NCBI RefSeq assembly: GCF_964194155.1 | Contig: NC_135894.1 | Location: 434,001-498,000 of the forward strand | DNA length: 64,000 nucleotides | Reading direction: 5' to 3' | From: Cetorhinus maximus | Taxonomy: Eukaryota | Shown: in pieces, positions 1 through 12,559 of the stretch | Layout: each line of letters begins with the position of its first letter | Position numbering within the stretch: the first letter of the stretch is position 1 | Notes under the pieces: generated by a model | What the model was told of the DNA's origin: nothing | The model's input: only the letters and a program-made list of their open reading frames with translations | The model's database searches: none | Made by a program: the position numbers and the translations under genes

Positions 1-1441
1 AATTTTGATTTTGCCGCTAATTTAACGAACATTTTGTGCACAAGGAAACAAAAAATGGCATTTATGTTATCCAGAATGATTTTCTCAAAACAAGCTCAGA
101 TCAATTTCATTTCATAAAACGCGACCCATCTGTGCTCAAGTTTGGAATACGTGGGCAGAGACGGAGCGAGATGTGAAAAGGGTTTTGTTTTAACTCGTAG
201 AAATGACATTCAATACGTATTACGGACTGTTTAATTTTCCTTTTATTCTACTTCAAACAGGGGAATTATTTTCTCAATTTCTATTAATAACTGTGAGGTT
301 TATTAAGTAACTTGCATCTGCTTAACAAAAGCATTGAATACGCTACAAAACACATATCAAATTTAGACTTAAGCGAGAATTCAATTCAACTAATGACACA
401 GTTCATTTTATTTTTGCCCTGCGGCTCTTGTAAATACAAAACAGAGTGGTTGCAAATCTTGTTAAGCCTGCTAGAAGCAGAGCGCCTTCAAACGTTAAAT
501 AGCATGTATCACATTCTGGGATGTAAGTTCCCTCACTGACCTTAGAAACCCACTTAAACCTGAAGTTACGGCCGACAGAACCCCCACAAACATTCTTCAG
601 ACAGATATATAACATTGGTAGATCGGTGTCACTGCTGTGTGCTAAATTGAGCTGATGGATTTGAAATAGTGTTTTCAAATATGGACATATGGTCAATGGT
701 TGTTAATTTTGCAAAGTAAAACTGTGAATTGAGATGAATTCATTTTGGTTGTGTAGTATAATTAAGATTATAATAATTATCAATTGATCATAGAAACATG
801 AAGCGAATATAAGATCTCAAATGTTCCCCAGAATTAACCTTTCAATATGTGTGATTATTTACTTTTTTTTTAGGGAGCTAAGACTTGTTAAAGAAAAATC
901 AAGTTTCCTCAGGCACACATTTATATGTATATTATATCTCTGAAGATGGATGTCTGTCAGCCTTGTCCACATATTCCATGATTTTTTTTACACAGGATAT
1001 TGTTTTATGTAGTTGGAACTCGGATCTCAGGTCTCAATCTCGTTTCACTACCTCGCGCTTTGTTTCAGGCATTTGGACTCATTAGCATCTTTAACGCATA
1101 ACGTTATGTCAAAGAGTAATTTTACTCCGTTTTGTAAATATTGCAGAATTGGTAGGTTATGTTCTCTAAGTCGGAACTATTAACCCGGTACTAGTTCATT
1201 CAGTATTGAAATTATTTTTTTTTTAAACTTCGAAATTACTATTGGGCTATTGACCGAAACTTCTCTGTAGTCGAATGCGCATCTGATAAATCCAGTGACT
1301 AATGGAGATTTTAACACGATTAGTGTTTTCTTTCCCCTAATTAATATTTATCTCCTTCTAACGTGCAGTTTGCGACAGCTTATGAAATCAGGCCTCATAG
1401 CTTAGTATGCCGTGTTGTTTAAATTCTTAACAATTTTGGTC

Positions 1442-1490
1442 ATGTCCCGTGAATTTCTTGCTATTGTCTTTTTTTTATTTCTTGCACCTG
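1442..1490 (+). pseudogene. Putative leader (signal peptide) exon of the SRCR gene, MSREFLAIVFFLFLAP(G)
   Basis: ATG at 1442, hydrophobic stretch, phase-1 donor G|gtatct at 1491; lies upstream of and in phase with the SRCR exons. Confidence 0.6.
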
Positions 1491-1504
1491 GTATCTGTAG
1501 GCCT

Positions 1505-2020
1505 CGGAACTTCCAGTATTTGTTGCCGGTCCCCAGCTGCCCTTTTTAAGATGGTGCTAATCTTTCTTTCTGAACCGCTGCATTGTCTGTGGTGCACTTA
1601 AACGATGTTCAACGATGATTAAACAATGTTACGGAGGGAACTACAGCGACAGTGAAACAAAATGTACATAGCACAAGACAACATTATGGCTGGCTTGGGG
1701 GTTCTGTGGGTGCGGTATGGGGGGGGGTAATTTATTGTTTTTTGTGTTCCTTTTCGACTGCGGCCCATGTACAGTAAGGAATTAGTGCTCCCCGGTTTGG
1801 AAGGAGCTGTTGAAAGATACTTAGAATTTGGTGCAGTGCACCTTGTACATTATATGGTGAATGAAAAAGGAGATCGTTGGACTGGCGATCAAGCAGGTTG
1901 CTTTGGCCTAGGTATTGTCTAGCTCCTTGAGTGTTGTTGTGACTTTCGTTAGCCAGACAATTACCGACTATTCCATCACACTCCTGACTTATGCATTCTA
2001 GATATAGGCGCATGATTTGT
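1505..2020 (-). mobile_element. 3' fragment of LINE family B (CR1/L2-related non-LTR retrotransposon)
   Basis: Similar by eye to the copies at 18470-19550 and 24980-26400 (e.g. ttccatcacactcctgactt). Confidence 0.55.
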
Positions 2021-2249
2021 GCAGACATACTTTAGCCCAGTCCATTTTCCATGGAAATGTGACACAAGGTTGCTGAGGCTGGTTAATTAACAATGGAATT
2101 ACGTGTATATTAACCTCACCCTGTGTTGTGCTGCGGTGCAAGTGTTAATTAACGGGGAAAAAGAGAAAATGTAAAGGATGAATTTGATAGTTACGTGCGT
2201 GTAGTTTAAAAGTAATGGTGAACATAAAACGAAGGCGTTGGATTGGGGA

Positions 2250-3050
2250 GAAATAAAAACAGATGTTTTTGAAAAAAAAATCAGCAGATCCGAGAACATC
2301 TGTGGAGAGAGAAACAGTTGTAACATTTCGAGCCTCCATGGCCCTTCCTCGGGGCTGCATTAAGGAGCTTTTAAACCAGGACGAATGAGCAAGACAAAAC
2401 TCAGAAGCATCAAGCTACACTGCATTCTGTAATCCACAAAAATGTGTGATTTACTTCCACTCCAGGAAAGCCTCAGTAGCTCTTTCCAACTCTCCACCGA
2501 TAATAGAGATTGTCCCGCAAATCCCCGTTTCCGTGTTAGGTATTGAGAGAATCGTGACGGTTATCTTTCTGATTGCGGTACAGCTGGAGGTGAGTGAGGT
2601 TATTTGGGCGGCGGGGCGGGGAGCGGGAGGGATGGCGGGGTGACGACTGGGAATCATGCAAGGAGTAGCAGAAATCGAACTGAGGTCGGAAATCAGTGTC
2701 ACATGTTCTACAAACATTAAACCGCGAATATAGAGAGACCAGCCGATCCTTCGGGTGAAAAAAACACTGATGCCTTTTGGAAAAGATTAACGCACAGTCA
2801 ACGGTGCGAAACCAGAATTTGGAAGTGCCCAAGAATCATGAAGGTCAAAATGAGAACGGGCGCGGACGGGGGGATGATGTCAACGATATTATGTCAGAGG
2901 GACTTTGGATAGTGAGAGGGTGATCACTGGGATGAGGTATTCTCGGAAACTACTGGGTAAATGTTGACACGTTAACCAGATGAACTTGCTGCCGAGGCTG
3001 TACTGATGGAATATTAGGAATAGAGAACAGATGAAACCCAAGTCCCGGAA
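2250..3050 (-). mobile_element. Penelope-like element remnant: terminal repeat (2250-2355) plus degenerate N-terminal ORF
   Basis: Terminal-repeat sequence aaaaacaga...tcagcagatc...catctgtggagagagaaacag, also seen at about 7290, 12320 and 63580; weak ORF similarity. Confidence 0.5.
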
Positions 3051-3224
3051 TTATTTCTTCCGAAAAGCGTAATTCTACCTCAGATAACGATGGAAGCTTC
3101 GGTGTTTGTGAAATATTTTAGAATCAAGCCCTTGCAAAACTTTGGTTCGAAAAAGAACAAAGTATCCTCGTTCTTACTTTTGAAAAATAACTTTTCTGGC
3201 TTTTTCGTTCATCTCTTACCCCAG

Positions 3225-3287
3225 CAAAATCTAATTCTCAATATTTCATTACACGCAAACTTAGGAGTAGTCAGGCTGATCAATCAG
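3225..3287 (+). pseudogene. Putative 63-nt phase 1-1 N-terminal exon (KSNSQYFITRKLRSSQADQS)
   Basis: Polypyrimidine tract with cccag acceptor, CAG|gtaatc donor, open frame, length divisible by 3. Confidence 0.5.
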
Positions 3288-4034
3288 GTAATCATTCTCA
3301 GATTTCATCTTAACTGATATCTTCCTGCTCAAATCCACGTCAATTAAAACTAAATGCCGGAAACAAATGCCGTTTTGGTTTGACCATTCATTAACTTGCT
3401 CTCCATGTGCCTATCAGTGCAGAATGGAGAGTTTCCTGCACTCTGTTGCGGAACATATATTAAATAATGCAGGGAAACAATTGCTGCCTAATGCAAAGCG
3501 ACCATGGCTGGGCCCGGGGAGAGGAGAATTTTACTAACAACTGGCACTGATGCTGATACCAAATTGATAGTCACTTTGCGAGTTATAGGCATTGTGAGAT
3601 GAAGGATACATTATGATCCAGTTCCGGATGTTGGGGGAGGGTGGGCCAGGATGGGAGAATTGGTAAATATCTTGCAATTTGTACTCGGTTTGGGATCTCA
3701 TATTCGGCCGAACAGTCAGTTACCTATTACAGTCACGTCCATGTCCTGATGTCTGGGAACTGGAATATATTCTGAATGTATCGACACGCTTTCGCTAAAG
3801 TATCATCTCTGGTGCTGGGAAATTCCCACTGACTACCGATTATTTTACGGGGTTTATTATTATTATTATATTCTATTTGACACTATTGATATTTACGCCG
3901 GATTTAAATGGGAGTCTGGACACAGGCCAATTGTCCAAATTATTCTGCTCTGACCTGCAGAAAGGGCAGCCCGTTTAGTTGGGGACCGCGTGTTTAATAC
4001 ATTGTAATTATGCCCTTATTATTGTGTTTTCCAG

Positions 4035-4348
4035 AGATGGTGAAAGTGCGAATGGCGAATGGGGGCAGTCGGTGCGCAGGAAAAGTGGAATTTCACTACA
4101 TGGGGCAGTGGGGGACTGTGTGTGATGACAGCTGGGACGTGCAGAACACGCTGTTGTGTGTCGGGAGCTGGGCTGCGGGACCGCTCTCCCTGCACCGAGA
4201 GGGGCTCACTTTGGGGAAGTCTCCGTACCCATTGTGACGAGGGATGTTCAGTGTAGTGGGAACGAGGCTGCCATGCGTGAGTGTAAATCAGCTCCCTGGA
4301 GTCACTATCTATTTCGACAGGCATATGATGCCAGCGCGAACTGCTCAG
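4035..4348 (+). pseudogene. SRCR domain exon 1 (1-nt frameshift)
   Basis: Reads [36 protein letters not shown], shifts frame near 4148-4150, then [10 protein letters not shown]...DVQCSGNE...DASANCS. Bounded by ccag| and G|gtaaaa; 314 nt, one short of 315. Confidence 0.92.
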
Positions 4349-5109
4349 GTAAAATATTTCTCCTGCCTCTCATCGGCCTCTGGGTCCGATTATTTTCCTG
4401 CAATAATAAAGGCGGAAAAGTTACCAACCTGTTAGATTATTGTTCTGTTTTTTTTCTCTCCCTTTCTGTATAAATTCCTTGGCTAGCTATCCAGTTGAGT
4501 ACATCAGGACAGTCTGGGGTATTTCATTCATGCGCGTTTTCTGTGGCTCCCAGGGAGCAGGGGTATTCCCCAGCTGTTGTTCAACCTGGCCGGGCTGCTT
4601 ACACATAGTTAAAGGCTCCAACACTTCCATAGGGTCCCGATGCTCAACCATATTGTGCATCCGGTCTCAGAGAGTCTGGAGTACGTAAGGTACTGGGGCA
4701 GATGCTTTACAGATTTTGAAACTGAAACTGGAGAGGGAGGTTTCTGAGCATAGGGAGAGTCCAAGTCATTGGGCAGCACGGGAATAAGGTGCACAACAGG
4801 GCCCCGACAATAACTGTACATTTGCATTCATTTCAATATTTATTGAATATTGAAATCGTAAGAAGTCCATACTTTCAAACAACTATGTTAATTTCAGGGC
4901 ACTGCACAATTGCAGTGAATATACTTAACAGCGTCATATCATTGCATGAAAAGTGGAGAGTTCACCAACCCTAAACCCAAAATATCCTGACACATAGGAT
5001 TCACCTGATCATCATCAGAGCAGGTTAGTTAGCAATTTGACATATAGTTAGACTTTGCTGTTCAGGGCAGCAATTGCAAAAATAAACAAGCCTGTTAAGT
5101 CTAAAGCCA

Positions 5110-5965
5110 ATGGAGATTAAACATAATCTGCAGTTTCAAAGTTAATGTTCAATTTCGAAATACCTTCAACTGCTTCATCAATGTCCTTCCGACGTCAAGT
5201 GTACAAAAGTTGAGCTGTTCACGTGATTGATCAGTGTTCAGCTGCATTCGCCATTCATCAAATTATGAAACATCCCATGACCACAAAGGGCAAAACCTGG
5301 ACAACGTCCAGGCCTCAAGTGATCAGTGACAAGTAAGATGTCCAACACACTGTTATGTTGAAAGTGCTAACTACACGAAAAGAATGAAATCCTCCTCTGG
5401 ATTTTCAATTGTTTTGCAGTCACACAGTCCCTTACAATCTTAGATTGAGGAACATATTTTACTAAGCTCACAACTGCAATACTCACATCAATGCCGTGGC
5501 TACTTCAGCAGGCCAGAGAGTAAATATTCTGTTAGTTTCGGTGCTCCCCTCGATCACCAGAGCCTCTCATGTCCCGAATCAGCGCTGATCGTGGAAACTC
5601 CACTTCTGCTGGATAGGCGCTGCCGAAGCACTAAACAGGAGCCTTGCCACGCCCGGCGAATTGCTGCCTTTGACTCGAAGTTCATTCGCCATCATCAACC
5701 TCCGTCCTCTCCCTCAGTGGTATACGACGATTGCCTTCCGTTTTTTATGGAAGGAGAACATCAACGCCACTCCAAAAAATCTGTTCACCATCTCTGAAAG
5801 CTAGGACCATCTACTTGTTTGTTGAAATGCCATGAACTCCCCACCTAACAGAAATGTGGGAGCCCCTTCACCACACGCAATACTGCTGCTATTAAGAAGC
5901 GCAAAAAAATCTTCTCAAGGCAATAAAGCATGGGAGATAAACACAAGCCTTGTTAGCAAAGGTCA
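5110..5965 (+). mobile_element. LINE family B RT and 3' end fragment
   Basis: Degenerate FNCFIN.LP...LDNVQA...QV RT sequence, with the family 3' tail at about 5915-5965. Confidence 0.7.
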
Positions 5966-6009
5966 CATCTGTACAATTTTTGGAAATATAACACAGATTT
6001 ACATACACT

Positions 6010-6600
6010 CGACCACACAACTACGGTCGATTTGGGCCAACTGGTCGATTTGGGGTTAAATGCCTAATGGAGAGACCTTCCCCCACACCCACTGCACCAC
6101 CCTTTCCGCCCCAACAACACCTCCTCACCTATCTGGGTCAATATAACGGGAGATTACTTTCTCCCTCTTCTGTTAATACAGCGCCCCCTTAAAAGCATCC
6201 ATGTAAATCACCTCATAGACTGTAGTCACGAGTTCCAAACTTTAACAACTATCTGGTAAAAACATTGCTTCTGATATTGGGAATTTTAGTGGGTATTTTT
6301 CAAAGGTATCTAGTTTGTCCATAGCTCACAGTTTTGAAGCGTAAAGCCTGTCAACTCAGTCCGTCGTCATAAAAATCTTTTCCATGTCAGTGCTCTGGTT
6401 ATCTTCCCTCGCAAAAACAAATAAACCGAATCTATTCACTTTTTTCGCCCAGGCCCTCCTCGGAGAACTGTCACAATCCATATAAATAAATGTCAACATT
6501 TCCTGGGTCTCTAAGAATTTAACGCTCCCGTTTTGTTGGTGACGTGGGCGTAAATAACGGTGAGCTATCCAAATGTCCATTCACTTCACCGGGAAGGTAA
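6010..6600 (-). mobile_element. Old CR1 LINE 3' end
   Basis: Resembles the reverse complement of the CR1 3' ends at 15200-15490 and 39100-39420. Confidence 0.5.
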
Positions 6601-9372
6601 ATTCCCACCAGTTTAAGTGTGGGCTGACGGAGATGTATTAACATTATTAAGCTTTTGAATTCTGTCAATGCAGAAAGGGGAGTCGGTGATTTATATCTAA
6701 TCAGTTTGAATTCTCCTTCTCTATAATTTTGAAGTTTTTTTTTATCTCTACAACGAGATCACACGGCTCTTCTCCCTCGTTTTCTATTTCATTTTTCAAA
6801 AAGTACATGACCTCTGAATTAATCCTAACAAACTGAACGCACTGACCTTACTCAACATAACATTTATTTGCAAATTAAATGCACATTTGGCAAAACATAT
6901 TGCAAATATTGTTTATCCTGCCACTGTCATGATTGTCCTGCAGGGCTTTGTCGCTGTTGTCCTGAGTTTCAGCTGTCCTTCCAAATTGATTCAATCGACC
7001 AATTTTGAACTGTGTAATTTGGAAAATCTTTTCTGTGAATGGTGAGCGTTATTGATCCTGGCAGCAGTCGTTCTGGAACAGAATTTACTAACTTTGTGCT
7101 GGTCTGTATATCTACCCTTAATCCCTAATTACTGTTTAAATGTTTTACAGTGCAGCTTGGAATTTATTCTTCTACTTGTACGCTAACTCCACTTGGTCTG
7201 TCACGGGAGTAACTAGTTTTTTTTTTGCAGGAGAATAAGCAAGTCGACTTTTAACTGAAAGGAAAACCTTCTAACTCTGCTTCCTTGGAATCTGAAGAAA
7301 AATACAAACAAAAGTTGCTAAAAGCACTGATTTGGGTAAAGGCTATCTGTGGAGAGACTTTGTTCACGTTTCACGTAAGTAAAATGTCGGCATTACTCCT
7401 GTGGAGTCGATATTCAGATAGCACATTTGATATTGGACAGATGATGCTTGAGCAACGATGTTAAGCATTATAGAAGGAAGTCGTCTGATACTCTATTTCC
7501 CAAATAGTTGTATCGGTCCGGCAGTGTAAAAGCTGTTTTGGATCAAAAGAACCTAATTATTGAGGGTTGAATTTGTTTTGTTTTCTGCCCCCCTACGTTA
7601 TACTGCAAAATTTAGGTGACGTGATGGAAGGTTTCGGGCCATCATTTGCTGAGGCCAGCGAAGACAGTGTGGGCGAAATGCAGCTGATTTCTCGTCGCCT
7701 CTCACTGCCCTGATTAAACGGGATGTGGGGGCGGAATGACGATGCGAGAAAATATGGCTGGAGATCCGCTGTCTCCCCGTTAATTTTCACGTTGATTATT
7801 GACCTACGAGGCCACCTGAGGAAGTGTTTGATTAGTTACATAAGCGGTTACAGGAATATTGCCCTACAACTTTGAATCAGATGTGAATAATCTGTCCGTA
7901 CGTGACCGCTCCCTGTCGTTAGCATCCTCAGTGACGAAAGTCTGAAATGCTGCAGGAATCAATTTATTTTAAAGCTGCGGGAATAGAAGGACGGTGTAAA
8001 GGAACATGAGCCAACCTATATACGCTGTCCTCTCAAGTTTCCAATTAGAAATCGGGTAACAAACTCGGGAGCCCGCAATGCACTTCTTACACGACAAATG
8101 TATTATTTCTAAGGCATGGTCTCCGGTATTGTACATAGTTCTCCGGTTGTGGGCTCAGCGAGGTCGTTTAAAAATATAGCGGAACGTCCTTTCCCTTATC
8201 TTGTAGCTGCCTAGATTTACAAAATAATTGCTAAAATAGCACGAGCCATGTTAGTTTTATTTATTTTGTATGTGAGCGTTAGATTTTACTGATCTGTCCA
8301 TATGCAATCTTAACATTGCTTTGCACTACTAGTGTTCCAATATTTTCAGGAGGTAAGCATTCTCGCATCTATCATTAAATATCTGATCTTGCTTCCTGTT
8401 TTTGCTCATTAATATGCTCCATCGACGAAAGAACATCCGCCAGCTGATCAAATGTTACACTATAAACATTCCAGAACAACCTAGTGTTCCTGGATTAATG
8501 TGACCGACGTTCTGTCATGCCACTGCATTTGCACTATATATATTTCCAGTCACCATGTGCTAGGGAAGAGTTCAGCCCTGAAAGTGGTATAGAATGCAAC
8601 CTGCAGTCCCGTCCATACAAGCAGGAGTTGTGAAGAAAGGGTTTTATACATTCAAGCGAGAAGATTGTAACATGAGCTGCCAGACGGTGTAAAAGTAGAT
8701 AAATTGGAACCATGAAAATATATATTTAATTAAACCACTCCAGCAGGATATGATCTTAAATATTAAATGGGAGAGCGTGACGGCGGCTTTGATAACAATC
8801 TGATATTATTTGGCTGTGGAAATTAGAAGCAATGAAATACCAGCTGTGAATATTCGTATTCTGGGTGATCCTCATTAATGAGATCCATCGCCTGACCACT
8901 GATAGCTTGCACGTTTGCTGGGGTGAAGGCTGATTTGGTTTGAGGGAGACGGATATATAGTATATGTGTCATTCAGTGCAGGCAGAACGTCCGTGTTCTT
9001 CAGTGGCCCCATCTCGGTCGCTGGTGTCTGGACGGGAATCGGGATAATAAGGAAGGAAGTTGACTGCGGGTAGAGCAACGATTCTTTGACGCCTAAATTG
9101 CACATCTGTCTGAATAGATGCTTAGTCGAAATCACTCTGCAGATACAGTGCGTGTTTGTAACATCTCACTGAGGTATCAATAAATCACACATTGTTAAAT
9201 GAAAGCATATGTTCACTTTTTAAGCAATAACATTAGCAGGAAGGTGAAAGCAGCTTTATCGGAAATGCGCCTGAATGGAACCAGCATTAGCACTATTGAT
9301 GACAGATTTTGGTTATCCAGATTTGCAGGAATTTAAAAATCATTTGTATTATTTTGATTTTATTTTACCCAG

Positions 9373-9680
9373 TTCACATATTTCCGAGACTCGTGTTCGG
9401 GGAATACAACTGTTCGGGCAGACTGGAGATTCAGTTCGGTATGACCTGGGGAACAGTGTGTGACTTTCACTGGGATTGGAATGATGCCAGTGTGGTCTGT
9501 GCTTAGCTTCACTGTGGAATCGCCATGTCACTGCGAAAAGGGGTTTATTTTGGAGAGGGCACGTAAGGAGCGATAGATTCTAATGTAATGTGAATGAGAC
9601 AAAACTGACGGGCTGGCAAATTTCTCCAATAAACCAACACAAATGCTCACACAGGAACGATATCAGTGTGACCTGTTCCG
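9373..9680 (+). pseudogene. SRCR domain exon 2 (stops plus deletion)
   Basis: Reads [44 protein letters not shown] with TAG at 9504-9506 and a further stop/indel near 9563-9590. Ends HKCSHRNDISVTCS G|gtgagt; 308 nt. Confidence 0.92.
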
Positions 9681-9782
9681 GTGAGTAGAGCAATTCCGAA
9701 CGACAAAAAAAGAAATCAGCTCCAAATTTCAGAAACTGTGGGAATGGCAAATATTTAGCAAAACAGTTAAGGCTGAGAAGGA

Positions 9783-10070
9783 AGTGCAGTACTGAGGGAA
9801 TGTTTCGCTGTCGAATGTGTCCTGCTTAAGGTGATAGATAAAATCGAAACCATGTCTGCCTCCTTGAGGTTAGGAAAATAAAATCCATGGCATTACTTTG
9901 AGGAAAACGAGGGATTTATCCCCCGGTTCCAATGTAACATTTTGCCTTAATCAACATCAAACAATACAGATTGTACGGTCATTATCACGCTGTTGATTGT
10001 GGGGCTTTAATGCACGCATTATGATTGCGTTGTTCCTTAAATTGCGACAGGGAGGACACTTCACAATTTA
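9783..10070 (+). mobile_element. Deu-domain SINE (SacSINE1-like), 5' truncated
   Basis: gtgcagtactgagggaatg...ctgtcg...aaaatccatggcattactttgagga...ggtcattatcacgctgttgattgtggg matches the recalled Deu-domain pattern. Confidence 0.7.
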
Positions 10071-10254
10071 AATAAATAGTTTGTTAATTAATTCACAGTT
10101 GTCTAATTGTCTCTGAATTCTGCTCCAAATGATAATTTATCAGGTAAAACACAGTCTTTCCCACCGCCAAGGATAAACTTCAAGGTCTGTAGTTGCTGCG
10201 TTTATCCTTACATCTTTTCTTGAGCAAGTCTAACATTTGCAATCTTCAGCTATA

Positions 10255-11480
10255 GGCATTGGAGAATCATTGGAACATCATAGCCTTTGACCGGCGATTT
10301 CCGCTCTTGCATTGGTCATTGTCCTTGAATGCATCTAATTCATCCACGAGACTTGCCCAATTCAATATCGGTTACCCTAGCTAATTCGTGCTCTTTGTAA
10401 AATTCTAGCAATTCCACCGTTTCATCTGCTTACCCTTTGACGATCATGGGACATAATGTTCTTCCTTGGTATAAATAAACAAAATATTCATTCAGCACTT
10501 GAGCCATATCATTATTGTCACCAGCTTTGACGTGTCGCTGCCCTTCCAGTTGTCGGTTTTCATACCTATCTTTGATTTTGGATTCCCTTTTATTTCAGGC
10601 GAATTCTATCTACAGTCCGGAAATCGTGTATACATCCTAGAGCTCACTTACATTCTCCACATTAAAACTTCCATGCATGTTTTTTTTTAAATCTGCTTCA
10701 TCTTAAACCCCATCGATTTAATCATCCAGGGAGCTCTGTTGTTCTTTGCATAGTCCGGCATTTGTTTGAGCAAAACTTTAATTATCGCCACATAATCTTG
10801 TATATAGGTGGCTAGCTGCGTCTCCCCTTCACCAAAATTGTTTACAGCACTGTATATTCACACACTGCAGCGTAAATGTAATTTAGGCGCTCTGATACTG
10901 CCTGTAACTCTTATCTGAAATAAAAACGTCGCACTATTTCCGCCGTTAGTGTCAAAATCATTTACCAATTTTCCTGGCACTTTGGTTTTCCTCTCCAACA
11001 TTACCTGCTCGTTCCCTAACCCCTGCAAAGTTCTTTCACACCGACCCAAACTGAATTTGATATTTACCCAGAATGTCATCAACCCCGGATTTGATAAGTT
11101 GAAACACATGACAACATCTATCGGACGTTCTTCCGCAGAACTGAATCTATGCGTTCATGATAACTCATCGAAAAGTTCCATGAAATTGCTAAGCGCCTTA
11201 CTACACCTTTTCTCCGGTGAAATATTCGCCAGTTCCATCACTGCTGCGAAGTGCTGGGATTAATCAGGAAATTAATATCTTTGACGTCCCAGGTTGCTAG
11301 ATTGTCTGCGAACACGCTAAACGTTATATGCAGGGTTGCATCGCTCTTTCTACCAATGCCATTGTTGCAGTCACGGACCACGAATGCCACCTGTTCATCC
11401 GCCCGCCTCGGAGTGCTTAGCAGGCTCCCAGTCACATCCTTCACCTTGGCATCACGAAGCAACATTTCAGTGAGCAATGA
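10255..11480 (-). mobile_element. Old CR1 LINE, ORF1 end and endonuclease region
   Basis: Minus-strand ORF LLRDAKVKDVT...EQVAFVVRDCNNGIGRK resembles the CR1 ORF1 esterase region (compare 35910-36040). Confidence 0.55.
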
Positions 11481-11548
11481 TGACAGTGAATAAAATGTGC
11501 TTTATTTTGCTGAAATCTAACCATTGCAGTCAATGCATTTTTTTGTAG

Positions 11549-11863
11549 ATGAATCTTGGTCACTGAGATTGACGAATGGAGGAACCTGCTGTGATGGTCG
11601 AGTGGAGATTAACCACAACGGCGGCTGGGGCAGAGGACAGGACACCCTCTGGGAGCTGAATGATGCTCACGTTGTTTGCAGGCAACTGGGATGTGGTTTG
11701 GCGATTGCAGTTTCTAACTTTTCAAAGTATGAAGAGAATGAATTGCACTTGTGGTTGAATGATGTCCAGTGTAAAGGAAACAAATTGTATCTCCGCTACT
11801 GCAGCTCATTTACAATGAATTCGTCTCGCAATGAAAGTGTGAGTGTCAGGGTTCTGTGTTCAG
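11549..11863 (+). pseudogene. SRCR domain exon 3 (open frame)
   Basis: SLRLTNGGTCCDGRVEINHNGGWGRGQDTLWELNDAHVVCRQLGCG...WLNDVQCKGNKLYLRYC...VRVLCS; tag| acceptor and G|gtgaag donor; 315 nt. Confidence 0.92.
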
Positions 11864-12559
11864 GTGAAGAACTAGTTCGCTTTTACAGAATCATATATAG
11901 AAATATCCATTCATGATGAATGCGGGGTAAAAATGTCACTTGTTCCTCGAGGTCTCTTTTCCAGCTACTTAACAATGGAGCATGAACACGGAGAGAGGGG
12001 GCACGGACAGAACTGATCCACAAGCAGGAAATGCATTTTTGTCGCGCTTTTAACAACATGGGAATTCCCTATTTGCAGACAGTAAATTCAGTGGCCGTTT
12101 TGAGGATGTTGTCATTGTTCTGGGGCGGAGGGGGCTGCAGCTTATTGCCAATTTATGTGTTTATTTAACAACATTTTCATTGAATTCGAGTTCATGAAGT
12201 CCTCAAGGCCACAGCCCGTTCATGGGTTCTCCATAATTCCTTCCTTGTTGTGATACCAAGGCACTTTCAGTCCTTTGAGCAGCAGAATGCTGAGCTCCTA
12301 CTAAATGACTCTCCAAAACGACAACTTGTTTTCTGTTTCCAATGATGCTGCCAGACATCCTCAGGAATAGCAGCAGTTTTGTTCATATAATGAACATAAA
12401 TTAAGGCGATATTCAGAGCCCTAGTAAATATGGGTTCCAGGTCTGTGCAGGGATAAGATAGAGGATACAATTTAACTTCATTAACAATCTGAGTGGAATG
12501 ATGAATAAGAAAATGTTCAATTGAAGTTGAAGCAACGTGAAAAACATTCAGCACACAAT

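Noticed and set aside
8333-8352. Micro-exon candidate ending GAG|gtaagc between SRCR1 and SRCR2
   Set aside because: 20 nt, not phase-compatible, and no recognisable peptide.
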